Shown here piece by piece: positions 1 through 9,134 of a stretch of 53,457 bases of DNA. How positions within the stretch are numbered: position 1 is the first letter of the stretch; every line of letters begins with the position of its first letter. The stretch spans positions 1-53,457 of IMG/VR virus record IMGVR_UViG_3300040770_000286, one strand, 5' to 3'. The DNA comes from a virus. Lineage: Duplodnaviria; Caudoviricetes. Both the position numbers and the translations under genes were made by a program. Below the pieces are notes generated by a model. That model ran no database searches. It was given only the letters and a program-made list of their open reading frames with translations, and was not told where the DNA came from.

Positions 1-204
1 ACCATGCCATTATGGTTTCCAACTTTATACAAGAGAGTTGAGTTCGGATGAAAGAAATGATTTACTTTACAAAAAAATAGGTGGTAACCATAAAAGGGAA
101 AATTGTTTTAGTGATGAAGAATTTGAAAGAGAAACAATCAAAGACTGTGAAATATTTAACATACCAAAAAGAGCAATTTCATTAATGTGGAATCAACGTT
201 CCGT
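1..204 (+). CDS. thyA: Thymidylate synthase, upstream exon (5'-truncated by window edge)
   Basis: Frame from nt 2 reads PCHYGFQLYTREL...ISLMWNQRS(V), with the catalytic PCH and QRS motifs of ThyA. It joins exon 2 to give QRSV-DTALGLPFNIASY. Confidence 0.95.
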
Positions 205-1228
205 AAACGAAAAATCTGCGGCTTAACACAGTAATGTGTTTCGAAAAATTCATCTAAACGGGGAAAACCTAAACAAGTCATGTTGTAGACAATCCCGTGC
301 TAAATTTTATGATGATAGCGTTTTAGGGTTACTTTTCAATTTACCAACATATTTATAATAAAAAAAATATGGGAGTTATTTACAAAATTATTAATTTAGA
401 AACTAATAAATATTATTTAGGTAGCACTAAAGAAATTGAGAAAAGGAGCTTAAGACATTTTAATGAGCTTAGAAAAAATAAACATCATTGTATTCATTTA
501 CAGCGAGCGTTTAATAAGTATGGTGAAGATAATTTTAAAATAGAAGTTATTTTCGAGTGTGAAGATTATAAAAATAAAGAACAAGAGTTATTAGATTCGT
601 TATGTTTTTCAAATTTATATAACACATCAAAAAGTGCTAGTGGTGGGGATTTAATAAGTAATCACCCAAATAGAGATGAATTAATAGCTAACGCTATAAT
701 AAATCTTAGAAACGCACCAAAACCAGAACCAAGATACGGTGATAAAAACCCTAATTGGCGTGGTGGTAAAACTTTTTGTGTATGTGGTATTAAAATTGAT
801 AGTAAGGCGAAAACATGTATGACTTGTCAAGATAAGAGTGGTGAAAATAATCCATTTTATAATAAAACTCATTCAGAAAAAACCAAACAAATATTAAGTG
901 AATTAAGAAAAGGAAAATATAATGGCAACCAAGAAAAAATAGTGATTGTTAATGAAATGGAATTTAAATCTTTATCAGAATGTGCAAAACATTTTAAAGT
1001 TGTTCCAGCCACTATTTTAAATAGGATAAGAAATAAAAATTTTCCAGAATATTATTATAAATAAATGCCTAACGACTATTCCGAAAGGAAGTACACTCAA
1101 GTGAGTGGAAACGATGAGAACCCTAATAGGGTTGTGATATAGTCTAATCTTTATGGAAACATAAAGCAGTTCATGAAACTCGGTTTCTGAGAACGGTATA
1201 AGATTAACGACCTTATACGAATATTATG
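205..1228 (+). mobile_element. Group I self-splicing intron in thyA
   Basis: The 5' exon ends in U (ccgt|204) and the intron ends in G (1228). The internal guide ATCTGCGG pairs with 5' exon CCGT (U.G wobble) and 3' exon AGAT. P7 elements CCTAACGACTA (~1068-1078) and GATATAGTCT (~1136-1145) are present. Splicing restores a GTA Val codon and the reading frame. Confidence 0.93.
369..1064 (+). CDS. Intron-encoded GIY-YIG homing endonuclease, I-TevI-like
   Basis: GVIYKI...YYLGST...R...HLQRAFNKYG catalytic domain, CxC-x10-CxxC zinc finger, NUMOD3-like NPFYNKTHSEKTK, and a C-terminal HTH. Confidence 0.92.
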   Translation: MGVIYKIINLETNKYYLGSTKEIEKRSLRHFNELRKNKHHCIHLQRAFNKYGEDNFKIEVIFECEDYKNKEQELLDSLCFSNLYNTSKSASGGDLISNHPNRDELIANAIINLRNAPKPEPRYGDKNPNWRGGKTFCVCGIKIDSKAKTCMTCQDKSGENNPFYNKTHSEKTKQILSELRKGKYNGNQEKIVIVNEMEFKSLSECAKHFKVVPATILNRIRNKNFPEYYYK

Positions 1229-1529
1229 AGATACAGCGTTAGGGTTACCATTCAACATCGCATCATATGGTATGTTATTACAATTATTTGGTAAGATGGT
1301 TAATATGGTTCCAGATAAGTTAATTGGTAACTTGGGTGACGTACATTTATACAGTAATCATTTGGATGGTGCTAGAGAACAAATAGCTATAACAAGTGAA
1401 GCATTTGAGCTACCGACACTGACAATATCAAACCGAGAAGTGGCTGATATATCAGATTATGTGTTTGAAGATTTAATATTAAATAATTATAAATCACATG
1501 GCAAAATAAACTTTCCACTTTCCAATTAA
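1229..1529 (+). CDS. thyA: Thymidylate synthase, downstream exon
   Basis: DTALGLPFNIASYG...GDVHLYSNH...PTL...Y..H..INFPLSN matches the ThyA C-terminus. Confidence 0.95.
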
Positions 1530-1548
1530 TAGTTATATTTATTGTAAT

Positions 1549-1665
1549 ATGACACATAAAGAATATGATGAGATTTATCCTAAATGTAAACTTGGTAGTA
1601 AGATATTAGTTATCATAATAATAGTAGATTTAATATTAATAGCGTTAGTGATTAACGCATTATAA
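1549..1665 (+). CDS. Small membrane protein (38 aa), not in ORF track
   Basis: MTHKEYDEIYPKCKLGSKILVIIIIVDLILIALVINAL*, preceded by the ATATTTAT motif and followed by a terminator. Confidence 0.5.
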   Translation: MTHKEYDEIYPKCKLGSKILVIIIIVDLILIALVINAL

Positions 1666-1670
1666 ATAAT

Positions 1671-1696
1671 AAAACACCATTCGTGGTGTTTTTTTT
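1671..1696 (+). terminator. Rho-independent terminator
   Basis: AAAACACCA-TTCG-TGGTGTTTT followed by a T run. Confidence 0.85.
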
Positions 1697-1732
1697 GTTT
1701 TACTTAATATTTATAATAAAACAAAAAAAGTT

Positions 1733-1978
1733 ATGGCAAAAATATTCGACATACATAGTATTATAGTACCAGCACAAACACCTAATTTCACAGCACATAC
1801 TTATAGTGAAATATATGGTGGGATATTAGGTTGTACGGTTACTATAAATGGGACATCAGTATCTGTTGGTGCAGCATCTGGATTTAATATTCTAGTTAGA
1901 AGTATTAGTGGTGGGAATGGTTGTTATCTATTAGGTGATAACCAAAACGCTAACCCAAGTGAAACACTACTAGGTTAA
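1733..1978 (+). CDS. Hypothetical protein, possibly virion-associated
   Basis: 81-aa Gly/Ser/Thr-rich ORF downstream of ATATTTATA (1707-1715). Confidence 0.6.
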   Translation: MAKIFDIHSIIVPAQTPNFTAHTYSEIYGGILGCTVTINGTSVSVGAASGFNILVRSISGGNGCYLLGDNQNANPSETLLG

Positions 1979-2034
1979 TTTTTACTAAAAACCTAGATAT
2001 TTATATAAAATAATACAAATTTAAACAATATAAA

Positions 2035-2721
2035 ATGGAAAATAAAATCAACCCAATTGGGCTTAAAGGAAATGAAATTAACGAACGTATAAAAGCGTTA
2101 ATGGGTGTTTCAACTATAAACGAAAATAACACAAAATCAGTTGTTGAATTAACTAAAATTGGCCCAGATGGTAAAGCTTACGCTATTGTAAGAGAGAACC
2201 ACGCTTATTTTATTAAATCTACTGATAAAAAAAACGGTCTTATATCAGAAGATTTTAACTATATTGGTGGTTTACAAAACAAATCATCTGAGTCTTACAA
2301 TTCTTATGCTAAAGCTATCAAACATTTAAATCTTAAATTTAATAGTCTTTCTGAGCAACATAACGCTGGTAGTAATATCAACGTATTCAAAAACGATAAC
2401 CTATTAACTGAGTCTGGTATTGCTGGATTCTCAAGTATGGGTAGTGGTTTCGCAAACGAAAGTGACTTGGAAGTTGAGGAAACGTTGTACGAGGAAGATG
2501 AAGAAGATGAAGAAACATTGTCTGAGGAAGAAAAAGCTGTTACCGATATGATGGAATCTGATGATGAGGAAGTTCCAGAAAATGATGAGGACCCAACAAA
2601 ACAACCAGGATATGTTCATGAAAATAAACTTTCTATTAGTAGAGCAATCGCTAATATGGATTCAATTATTGATGATTTAAACGAAGGTACTTTAAAAAAA
2701 AAAGTTTACACTCTAAAGTAA
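2035..2721 (+). CDS. Acidic putative head/core protein (short form, may frameshift into the next ORF)
   Basis: 228 aa with an acidic tract and many [ILV]xE motifs. Ends KKKVYTLK across an A10 run. Late-type promoter motif at 1997-2005. Confidence 0.75.
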   Translation: MENKINPIGLKGNEINERIKALMGVSTINENNTKSVVELTKIGPDGKAYAIVRENHAYFIKSTDKKNGLISEDFNYIGGLQNKSSESYNSYAKAIKHLNLKFNSLSEQHNAGSNINVFKNDNLLTESGIAGFSSMGSGFANESDLEVEETLYEEDEEDEETLSEEEKAVTDMMESDDEEVPENDEDPTKQPGYVHENKLSISRAIANMDSIIDDLNEGTLKKKVYTLK

Positions 2722-2738
2722 ACGAGGAAAAATATACA

Positions 2739-3626
2739 TTGAAGCTGGCTGCTCCAACAGCAGCCCCAGCTCCAGTGGCACCAGCAGCACCAGAAGCAGA
2801 TATGGATTTTGGTGGTGAAATGGGTGGTGAAGAAGCACCAGTTGAGGATAAACCTTTCGATGACGAACCATTTGATGCTGGAATTGAAGCTGATGAAGAT
2901 GCTGACCCAAAAAAATACATAGAACAACTAACTGGTAAGTTAGGTCAATCACTAAGAAAATATAATGATTCACAAGGAGCACCCGATTTCGAGTTAGAGA
3001 AATTTGCGGTGAATTCTTTATTGTCAGCAACCCATACAAGCCAAATGGATGCTAACGACCAAGGTGATATTATCAAAAAAGTTAAATCATCTGGTAATGA
3101 TGATGAAATAAGTGATGAAGAACCATCTGATGATATGGGTGATGATGAATCTAGTAACGAGCCATCTAACGATATGGGTGGTGAGGATGATGCACCTATT
3201 AATGGATTAGAGGAAAATGAGGACTTATTTTTAGATAACCCAAAAAAATGTAATATGTTTCAACCAGGTTCTAATGATGCTTTAGATGAAAATAAACCAT
3301 GTTGGTCGGGTTACAAACAAGTTGGTATGAAAACAAAAAATGGTAAAGAAGTACCAAATTGTGTTCCTATGAATGAAGGGTCTAAATTAGTCGGTGGGGC
3401 ATTGACTGTTAAGGAAAATAATAGTATTTTTGGTAAATATAAAATAAAACAAAAATTGCAAGAAACATTTAACCAAGAAAAAGAAGATGACGTAACAAAC
3501 CAAGTTGCGGAGCCAGAGGTTAAACCATTAGTTGCACCAAATAAACCAAGCGTAGCACCTAGCAGAAGAAATGACCGTTTCCTACCAAGACCTACAGTAA
3601 CGCCAGACCCTAAAGCACACGAATAA
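2739..3626 (+). CDS. Acidic putative head protein containing a CWxGY...VPNCVP module (probably the C-terminal part of a frameshift fusion)
   Basis: Only a TTG start, and the frame is open back to 2676. Contains PCWSGYKQVGMKTKNGKEVPNCVP. Confidence 0.7.
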   Translation: MKLAAPTAAPAPVAPAAPEADMDFGGEMGGEEAPVEDKPFDDEPFDAGIEADEDADPKKYIEQLTGKLGQSLRKYNDSQGAPDFELEKFAVNSLLSATHTSQMDANDQGDIIKKVKSSGNDDEISDEEPSDDMGDDESSNEPSNDMGGEDDAPINGLEENEDLFLDNPKKCNMFQPGSNDALDENKPCWSGYKQVGMKTKNGKEVPNCVPMNEGSKLVGGALTVKENNSIFGKYKIKQKLQETFNQEKEDDVTNQVAEPEVKPLVAPNKPSVAPSRRNDRFLPRPTVTPDPKAHE

Positions 3627-4036
3627 TGGATGATTTATTATTAATATACATCAATTTAGTTGGTAAAGATTATAAAGATAACTATATATATGAGTTTATT
3701 TTCTCAGACACAATTGTAGATGTAGATGGTGAGAGTTGGGATACATTCCCAGCTTCTGGTAGACCAGAACCACCACATAATCGATTTATTAAAAGTGTTG
3801 GTAGGCTTGAATCAGAAGTTATTATAGATGTTATACAGAACAGTGACACATTTGCTGTTTGGGATGCAGTAGATGGAGTTATCGCTTTAGGTTGGGAGAA
3901 CGTAAACGAATATGAGACTTATCCAGAATATAGGTTAATTTTTAAATTTGGTGAGTCAATGAAAAAAGTTAACACCATGCTGTATGAGAAGGACCTAATA
4001 CTAGATTATAAAAACAATAAAAACAAAGATGAGTAA
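3626..4036 (+). CDS. Hypothetical phage protein
   Basis: 136-aa ORF translationally coupled (TAATG) to the upstream gene. Confidence 0.7.
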   Translation: MDDLLLIYINLVGKDYKDNYIYEFIFSDTIVDVDGESWDTFPASGRPEPPHNRFIKSVGRLESEVIIDVIQNSDTFAVWDAVDGVIALGWENVNEYETYPEYRLIFKFGESMKKVNTMLYEKDLILDYKNNKNKDE

Positions 4037-4988
4037 CATAAAAAATATTAACGAAGGTGAGCAGATAAAAACTGATGCTGAGACATACGCTAAACTTAAA
4101 GGTAAGTTATCAAATACTACTACTGTAACTATTACTGGTGATAAACCAGCACCAGAACCAGTAACTGAGGATGAATCAGCAATCGAACCTAAAGATAAAT
4201 CTACTATTAAATACCTATCAAACACTAAGGACCCTAATACTGGTAAAGTTTCAGAACCTTTCTCAATTGAGGGTAAGAGGTACCAGATGGTTAGGGGTAT
4301 TTCAAATAAAGAAAAAGTTATGGCAGTGTACTGTCATGATGAATTAAATGAAGCTGGTGAAAACATTATTCACCCAATCGACCATTTTGAAAAAACAATA
4401 GCTAACCCAAGTAAAGAACGAGCAGCTATAGCTGAAGAAGAAGAAGCTAACACTAGGAAAGCTATATCATATAAAGATGATAAACATTTTTTAGTTAATA
4501 GAGAAAAAGGTGGCATCCGTAGCTTTAAATCAATTAAAGAATTGGTTATGACACGCAAATTAGACGAGGAAGATTATATGGGTGTTAAGGAGTTTAAACA
4601 ACATATGAACGAGAAGTTGTTTGGTAGCAGAAAAAGACCAGAAATCATGTCAGAAGAAGCACCTGTTGAGGATGAGAATAATGATGAACAAATGAACGTC
4701 AAAGCAAAAAAATTAATGGCATTAATTAGTAGAAAAATACCATCTGCGGTAATTGATTCTATAAAGTCACCAATAGCTAAAAGAGAAGTTATCGCAGCTT
4801 TTTCAGAGTTAATCGGTGTACCTAGAAATGGTTTACAATCATTGATTAGTGGATTAAAAGAGTTATCAAGAGCGAATGAAGTACCAGCACCAGCTGTGGC
4901 TGAATCTAAAGTTATTACAAAAAATTCATTACTTGAAAGCCTTGGGGCACCTAAAAATAAAATAGTTAAAATTAAAGATATTAGATAA
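4029..4988 (+). CDS. Hypothetical putative head-associated protein
   Basis: 319 aa with INE/VTE/MSE/VAE/LLE motifs, overlapping the upstream stop. Confidence 0.7.
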   Translation: MSNIKNINEGEQIKTDAETYAKLKGKLSNTTTVTITGDKPAPEPVTEDESAIEPKDKSTIKYLSNTKDPNTGKVSEPFSIEGKRYQMVRGISNKEKVMAVYCHDELNEAGENIIHPIDHFEKTIANPSKERAAIAEEEEANTRKAISYKDDKHFLVNREKGGIRSFKSIKELVMTRKLDEEDYMGVKEFKQHMNEKLFGSRKRPEIMSEEAPVEDENNDEQMNVKAKKLMALISRKIPSAVIDSIKSPIAKREVIAAFSELIGVPRNGLQSLISGLKELSRANEVPAPAVAESKVITKNSLLESLGAPKNKIVKIKDIR

Positions 4989-6278
4989 ATGGGTATTTAT
5001 AGAAAAATGGCTGAAGAAGCTTTAAGAAAAGCCAATACACCTAAAAAGGTTTTGGTCGAACGTGTAGTATATCCAGAGGGTTTAGTCGAAAGAATGCATG
5101 CTGAATTGGAAGATGATTTAGCTAATGGGACACACTCATTATCTAAAAGCCCTATTTTCCCAGAAGATGACGAATCTTCTTTTGAACAAAAAATAATGGG
5201 TAGACGTTTTAATGATGTAGCGAAACGATTCAAAAGAGCATACGATGTTAATGCTGTAAACGAAAAAGACCTAATTAGCGGCATGTCTTCACTTATAAAA
5301 GACACCGTTGATTTGGAGAAAGAACATACTAAAGCATTAGAAAAATTAGCAGTAGATATGATTCGTAAAGAGTTTGATATGGACGAGAGCGTTGTTGAAC
5401 TTAACGTAGAATTAACGCCAACAATTAATATGGTTGGAACAAAGAAAAACGCTAAACCAATTGCAGTTGAAATGGCTTTTAATAAACACGATGATATGGT
5501 TAAGGCCAAAGATGAGGTTTATAAACGTAGGTTTATTAATGCAATGATTCAAGGGTCTGCGAAAAAAGCATCACACATGTTTCATATGGTAGATGATGAG
5601 TTAAATGAACTAAACCCACGTTTAGGTAATAAATACTCTAAATTAATGGCTTCTGGTGATTACATGTATTATGTACTACCTAAGATGGATGAAATGCAAA
5701 ATGCTGGTATCGTTAGAGTTCAATTCCCAACAAAGGATAACCCTAAAGCGATTATTCACGTACAAGCAATGGTATTCCCAGTACTAGTTCACGAACTAGT
5801 TAAGGGTGTTATGGAGCTTATGTCAGCACATGGTTTACCTAAAAATAAGAAATTGGGTGAATATGTTATTAACAAAGCTGATTTCTTAGCTGCTGAACCT
5901 TGGGATATGAGATTAGGTCCAGCTTTATGGGAACAATTTACCGATGCAATCGATGATACTGATTTAGATTTAAAATATTATATCTACACTGATTTAATAT
6001 CATTACCAGTTAAAGATTTTAACATTAAAATGCGTGAGATAATGGGTGGCACTAAAATGGGTAAAAAAATAATTAAGGAACTAGTAGATACAATTAAAGA
6101 AGATTTAAAAAATGATGATTTTGACCAATCAATGGCAAACGTTCAAGGTGATGATGAGATTACACATACAGATGTTGAAGGTGATGATGGATTTGATTTT
6201 GATGAATTAATGAATGGGCTTTCAGATAATGAAAGCACTGATGAGAGTGATGGTTATGATTTTGATGAATTACTATAA
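4989..6278 (+). CDS. Hypothetical protein with a HExxK (degenerate zincin-like) motif and acidic tail
   Basis: 429 aa containing FPVLVHELVKGVMEL. Confidence 0.7.
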   Translation: MGIYRKMAEEALRKANTPKKVLVERVVYPEGLVERMHAELEDDLANGTHSLSKSPIFPEDDESSFEQKIMGRRFNDVAKRFKRAYDVNAVNEKDLISGMSSLIKDTVDLEKEHTKALEKLAVDMIRKEFDMDESVVELNVELTPTINMVGTKKNAKPIAVEMAFNKHDDMVKAKDEVYKRRFINAMIQGSAKKASHMFHMVDDELNELNPRLGNKYSKLMASGDYMYYVLPKMDEMQNAGIVRVQFPTKDNPKAIIHVQAMVFPVLVHELVKGVMELMSAHGLPKNKKLGEYVINKADFLAAEPWDMRLGPALWEQFTDAIDDTDLDLKYYIYTDLISLPVKDFNIKMREIMGGTKMGKKIIKELVDTIKEDLKNDDFDQSMANVQGDDEITHTDVEGDDGFDFDELMNGLSDNESTDESDGYDFDELL

Positions 6279-6300
6279 CATACATAAGATTAATAAGTTA

Positions 6301-6324
6301 AAAACACCCTAGTGGTGTTTTTTT
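6301..6324 (+). terminator. Rho-independent terminator
   Basis: AAAACACC-CTAGT-GGTGTTTT followed by a T run. Confidence 0.75.
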
Positions 6325-6378
6325 CGTTTAATAAGATTTACTTTGTTAACGTAAAGGCTATTATTTAGCTAAAAACTT

Positions 6379-7290
6379 ATGGAATTAACTAATAAAGAAA
6401 TGTTTACCGAATATGCTAGATGTTATAAGAATCCAGAATATTGTATTGAGAATTATTTTAAAATATATGATAAAATACAAGAAAAAATCATACCTATTAA
6501 ATTATTCTCTAGTCAAAAAGAAGTGTTGTTTGGACTAGAGAACAATAGGTTTAACATAATAAAAAAATATAGACAGGCTGGTGGTTCAACTATTACAAAT
6601 GCATATATTGCATTTTTATTAGCATTTTCAGAAGAAACCGAACACATAGCTATTATTAATTATAGACTAGATTTAAGTTGTGAGTCACTAAAGCAGATAA
6701 GAGAATATTTACTCCAACTACCAAGATGGGTCTGGGGTCCAGAATACTATGGTAACCCAAAAAACGAAGCAAAATCAATTTTCTTAACCGATTCAAAGAA
6801 AGCTATTAGACTACCTAATGGTTCTCAAATAAACGTATTATCAACACATAAAGATGCACTTCGTGGATTTACACCTACATATCTTATCATAGATGATGCA
6901 GCATATATTCATAACAGTTGTGAAATATTTGAACACGCTTCAGTTAGTTTAACGCCACTGGTCAAAAGTAGATACACACTTTTATCGACACCAAATGGTA
7001 CTGGTAACTTATTTCATAGAACTTATGAAAATGCTATAATGGGCCAAAATTCATTCAATATCACCAATATGAAATGGTATGAAGATTTACGTTTTAATAA
7101 GGAACTATATTGGGTTAAAAAAGATATGGCAAATATTAAAGAGATTAAATTTACAACCGCATCATTTTTAAACATGTTTGAAGCTGGGTATAAACCAACG
7201 TCTCCTTGGTATGAAGGTATGTCTCGTAATTTTAATAACGAAAAATGGGTTGCGCAAGACATAGATGCTGAGTTTGTGAGTTTTCAATAA
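6379..7290 (+). CDS. Terminase large subunit paralog, ATPase domain only
   Basis: Collinear with the first ~300 aa of 7335..9116. YRQAGGST Walker A region, IIDDAA (Walker B Glu to Asp), LSTPNG coupling motif. Stops before the nuclease domain. Confidence 0.88.
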   Translation: MELTNKEMFTEYARCYKNPEYCIENYFKIYDKIQEKIIPIKLFSSQKEVLFGLENNRFNIIKKYRQAGGSTITNAYIAFLLAFSEETEHIAIINYRLDLSCESLKQIREYLLQLPRWVWGPEYYGNPKNEAKSIFLTDSKKAIRLPNGSQINVLSTHKDALRGFTPTYLIIDDAAYIHNSCEIFEHASVSLTPLVKSRYTLLSTPNGTGNLFHRTYENAIMGQNSFNITNMKWYEDLRFNKELYWVKKDMANIKEIKFTTASFLNMFEAGYKPTSPWYEGMSRNFNNEKWVAQDIDAEFVSFQ

Positions 7291-7334
7291 ATTAACATAT
7301 TTATAAGTAACTAACAAATATTAGTTGGAAACTT

Positions 7335-9116
7335 ATGAATTTAACAACACAAGAGATATTTAAAGAATTTACTAAATCTTTAATGGACCCAACATATGCC
7401 ATTGAAGCCTATTTGGAAACATTCGATAAAACACAGGAAGGGTTTGTACCTTTTAAATTATTTCCTAGACAAAAAGAAATAATTGTTGCGTATGAAAAAT
7501 ATAGATTTAACTTAGTTACTAAGCCTAGGCAAGCTGGTGTGTCAACTACCACCGCTGCATATATGTCAATAAAGGTTGGTTTTGCCGACCCAGATAACCC
7601 AGAGGCGATACTAATTATTGCGAATAAACAAGAACTTGCGTTTGAATTTTTAGCTAAGATTAAAGATTTCTTATCTCAACTACCAAGGTGGGTCTGGGGT
7701 CCAGAATACTATGGTAACCCAAAAAACGAAGCAAAATCAATTTTCTTAACCGATTCAAAGAAAGAAATAAGACTACCTAATAAGAGTAGGGTAAAAGCAG
7801 TTGCGACATCTAAGGATGCACTTCGTGGATTTACACCTACATACCTTATCATGGATGAGGCCGCATATATCGACAACGGTGATGAGGTATTTGGTGCCGC
7901 TTTAACGGCATTAGGTACTGGGGGAAAAGCTACGCTTATCTCAACACCAAAAGGTATGGATAAGTTATATTATAAAACATATGACCAAGCCAAAAACGGT
8001 AAGAATAATTTTAATATCGTTGAAATGAAATGGTATGAAGATTTACGTTATAACGTTGGATTATCTTGGTTAAAGAATGATGAGGTTGTTAAAGAAATAG
8101 AATTCACCTTTGAATCATATGAGCGAATGGTTAGGGATGGTTATAAGCCAACATCTTTCTGGTATGAGGAAATGTGTCTGGGTATGAATAACGATGCTAA
8201 AATGATAGCCCAAGAGCTTGATGTGTCTTTCGTTGGTTCTGGTGGTAACGTAATCGATGAGAAATATATTGAATACCAGAACATACATAATGTTAGGGAC
8301 CCATTATATACCTTTGGGTTGGAACAAGAAATATGGGTATGGGCATTACCAGAAGAAGGACACCAATACGTATTAGGTTCTGATGTATCTAGGGGTGATG
8401 GTGAGGATTCATCAACCATTGTAATTGTCGATGTGACAACAATGGAGCAAGTTATGGAATACCAAGGTAAAATACAACCAGATTTACTTGCACAACTTGT
8501 AGAGGAATATGGTGAGAAATATAAAGCTTATTCTGTCGTCGACGTTACTGGTGGTATGGGTGTTTCAACAGTATTAAAATTATTAGAGTTTAATTATAAA
8601 CGATTACATTACGATAACGCAAACGGTAAGATTTTATCTGCTAGACAAAGAGAATTATCATCATATGATAAGGGTGATAAAATACCAGGATTTCACGCAA
8701 CATCTGTTCGTTTACCAATGCTTGCTAACCTTGAGTATCAAATAAGAACAAACGGAGTTAAAATTCGTTCCAGACGACTTACATCTGAAATGAAAACATT
8801 TATATTTAAAAACGGTAGACCAGACCATATGGACGGATACCATGATGATTTATTAATGGCTTTGGCGATGCCATTATGGGTAATCGAACATTCATTTAAA
8901 AATTTAGAGAGATTAGAGAAACAAACAAAAGCTATGTTGAGTAGTTGGGTTGGTGGTGCAACAAATGATGTACTTACCCCAGAAATTGAACGTGGTAATA
9001 ATTTTGTATCAAAAAATAAGGTGGTGGCACCGAAACCAAAATTTTCACACGTAGTATCCAAAAATATGCAAGACCCAACTGGTCAGTATATGTGGTTATT
9101 TAGTGGGTCAAAATAA
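7335..9116 (+). CDS. Terminase large subunit (T4 gp17-like)
   Basis: PRQAGVST, LIMDEAA, ISTPKG, nuclease motifs GSDVSRGDGEDSS and HDDLLMA. Lies just upstream of the portal gene. Confidence 0.95.
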   Translation: MNLTTQEIFKEFTKSLMDPTYAIEAYLETFDKTQEGFVPFKLFPRQKEIIVAYEKYRFNLVTKPRQAGVSTTTAAYMSIKVGFADPDNPEAILIIANKQELAFEFLAKIKDFLSQLPRWVWGPEYYGNPKNEAKSIFLTDSKKEIRLPNKSRVKAVATSKDALRGFTPTYLIMDEAAYIDNGDEVFGAALTALGTGGKATLISTPKGMDKLYYKTYDQAKNGKNNFNIVEMKWYEDLRYNVGLSWLKNDEVVKEIEFTFESYERMVRDGYKPTSFWYEEMCLGMNNDAKMIAQELDVSFVGSGGNVIDEKYIEYQNIHNVRDPLYTFGLEQEIWVWALPEEGHQYVLGSDVSRGDGEDSSTIVIVDVTTMEQVMEYQGKIQPDLLAQLVEEYGEKYKAYSVVDVTGGMGVSTVLKLLEFNYKRLHYDNANGKILSARQRELSSYDKGDKIPGFHATSVRLPMLANLEYQIRTNGVKIRSRRLTSEMKTFIFKNGRPDHMDGYHDDLLMALAMPLWVIEHSFKNLERLEKQTKAMLSSWVGGATNDVLTPEIERGNNFVSKNKVVAPKPKFSHVVSKNMQDPTGQYMWLFSGSK

Positions 9117-9134
9117 TAAAAAATAAAAAATAAA

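Noticed and set aside
38-226. Stand-alone 62-aa ORF (and the 85-aa ORF at 1272-1529)
   Set aside because: These are pieces of the thyA exons flanking the intron.
6727-7764. Diversity-generating retroelement template/variable repeat pair
   Set aside because: The 76-bp copies are identical rather than differing at adenines, both are in coding frame, and no reverse transcriptase is in the window.
6379-9116. A terminase split into two genes by an intron, intein or frameshift
   Set aside because: Both ORFs begin with the same N-terminal ATPase region, and the second is complete by itself. This is a duplication, not a split.
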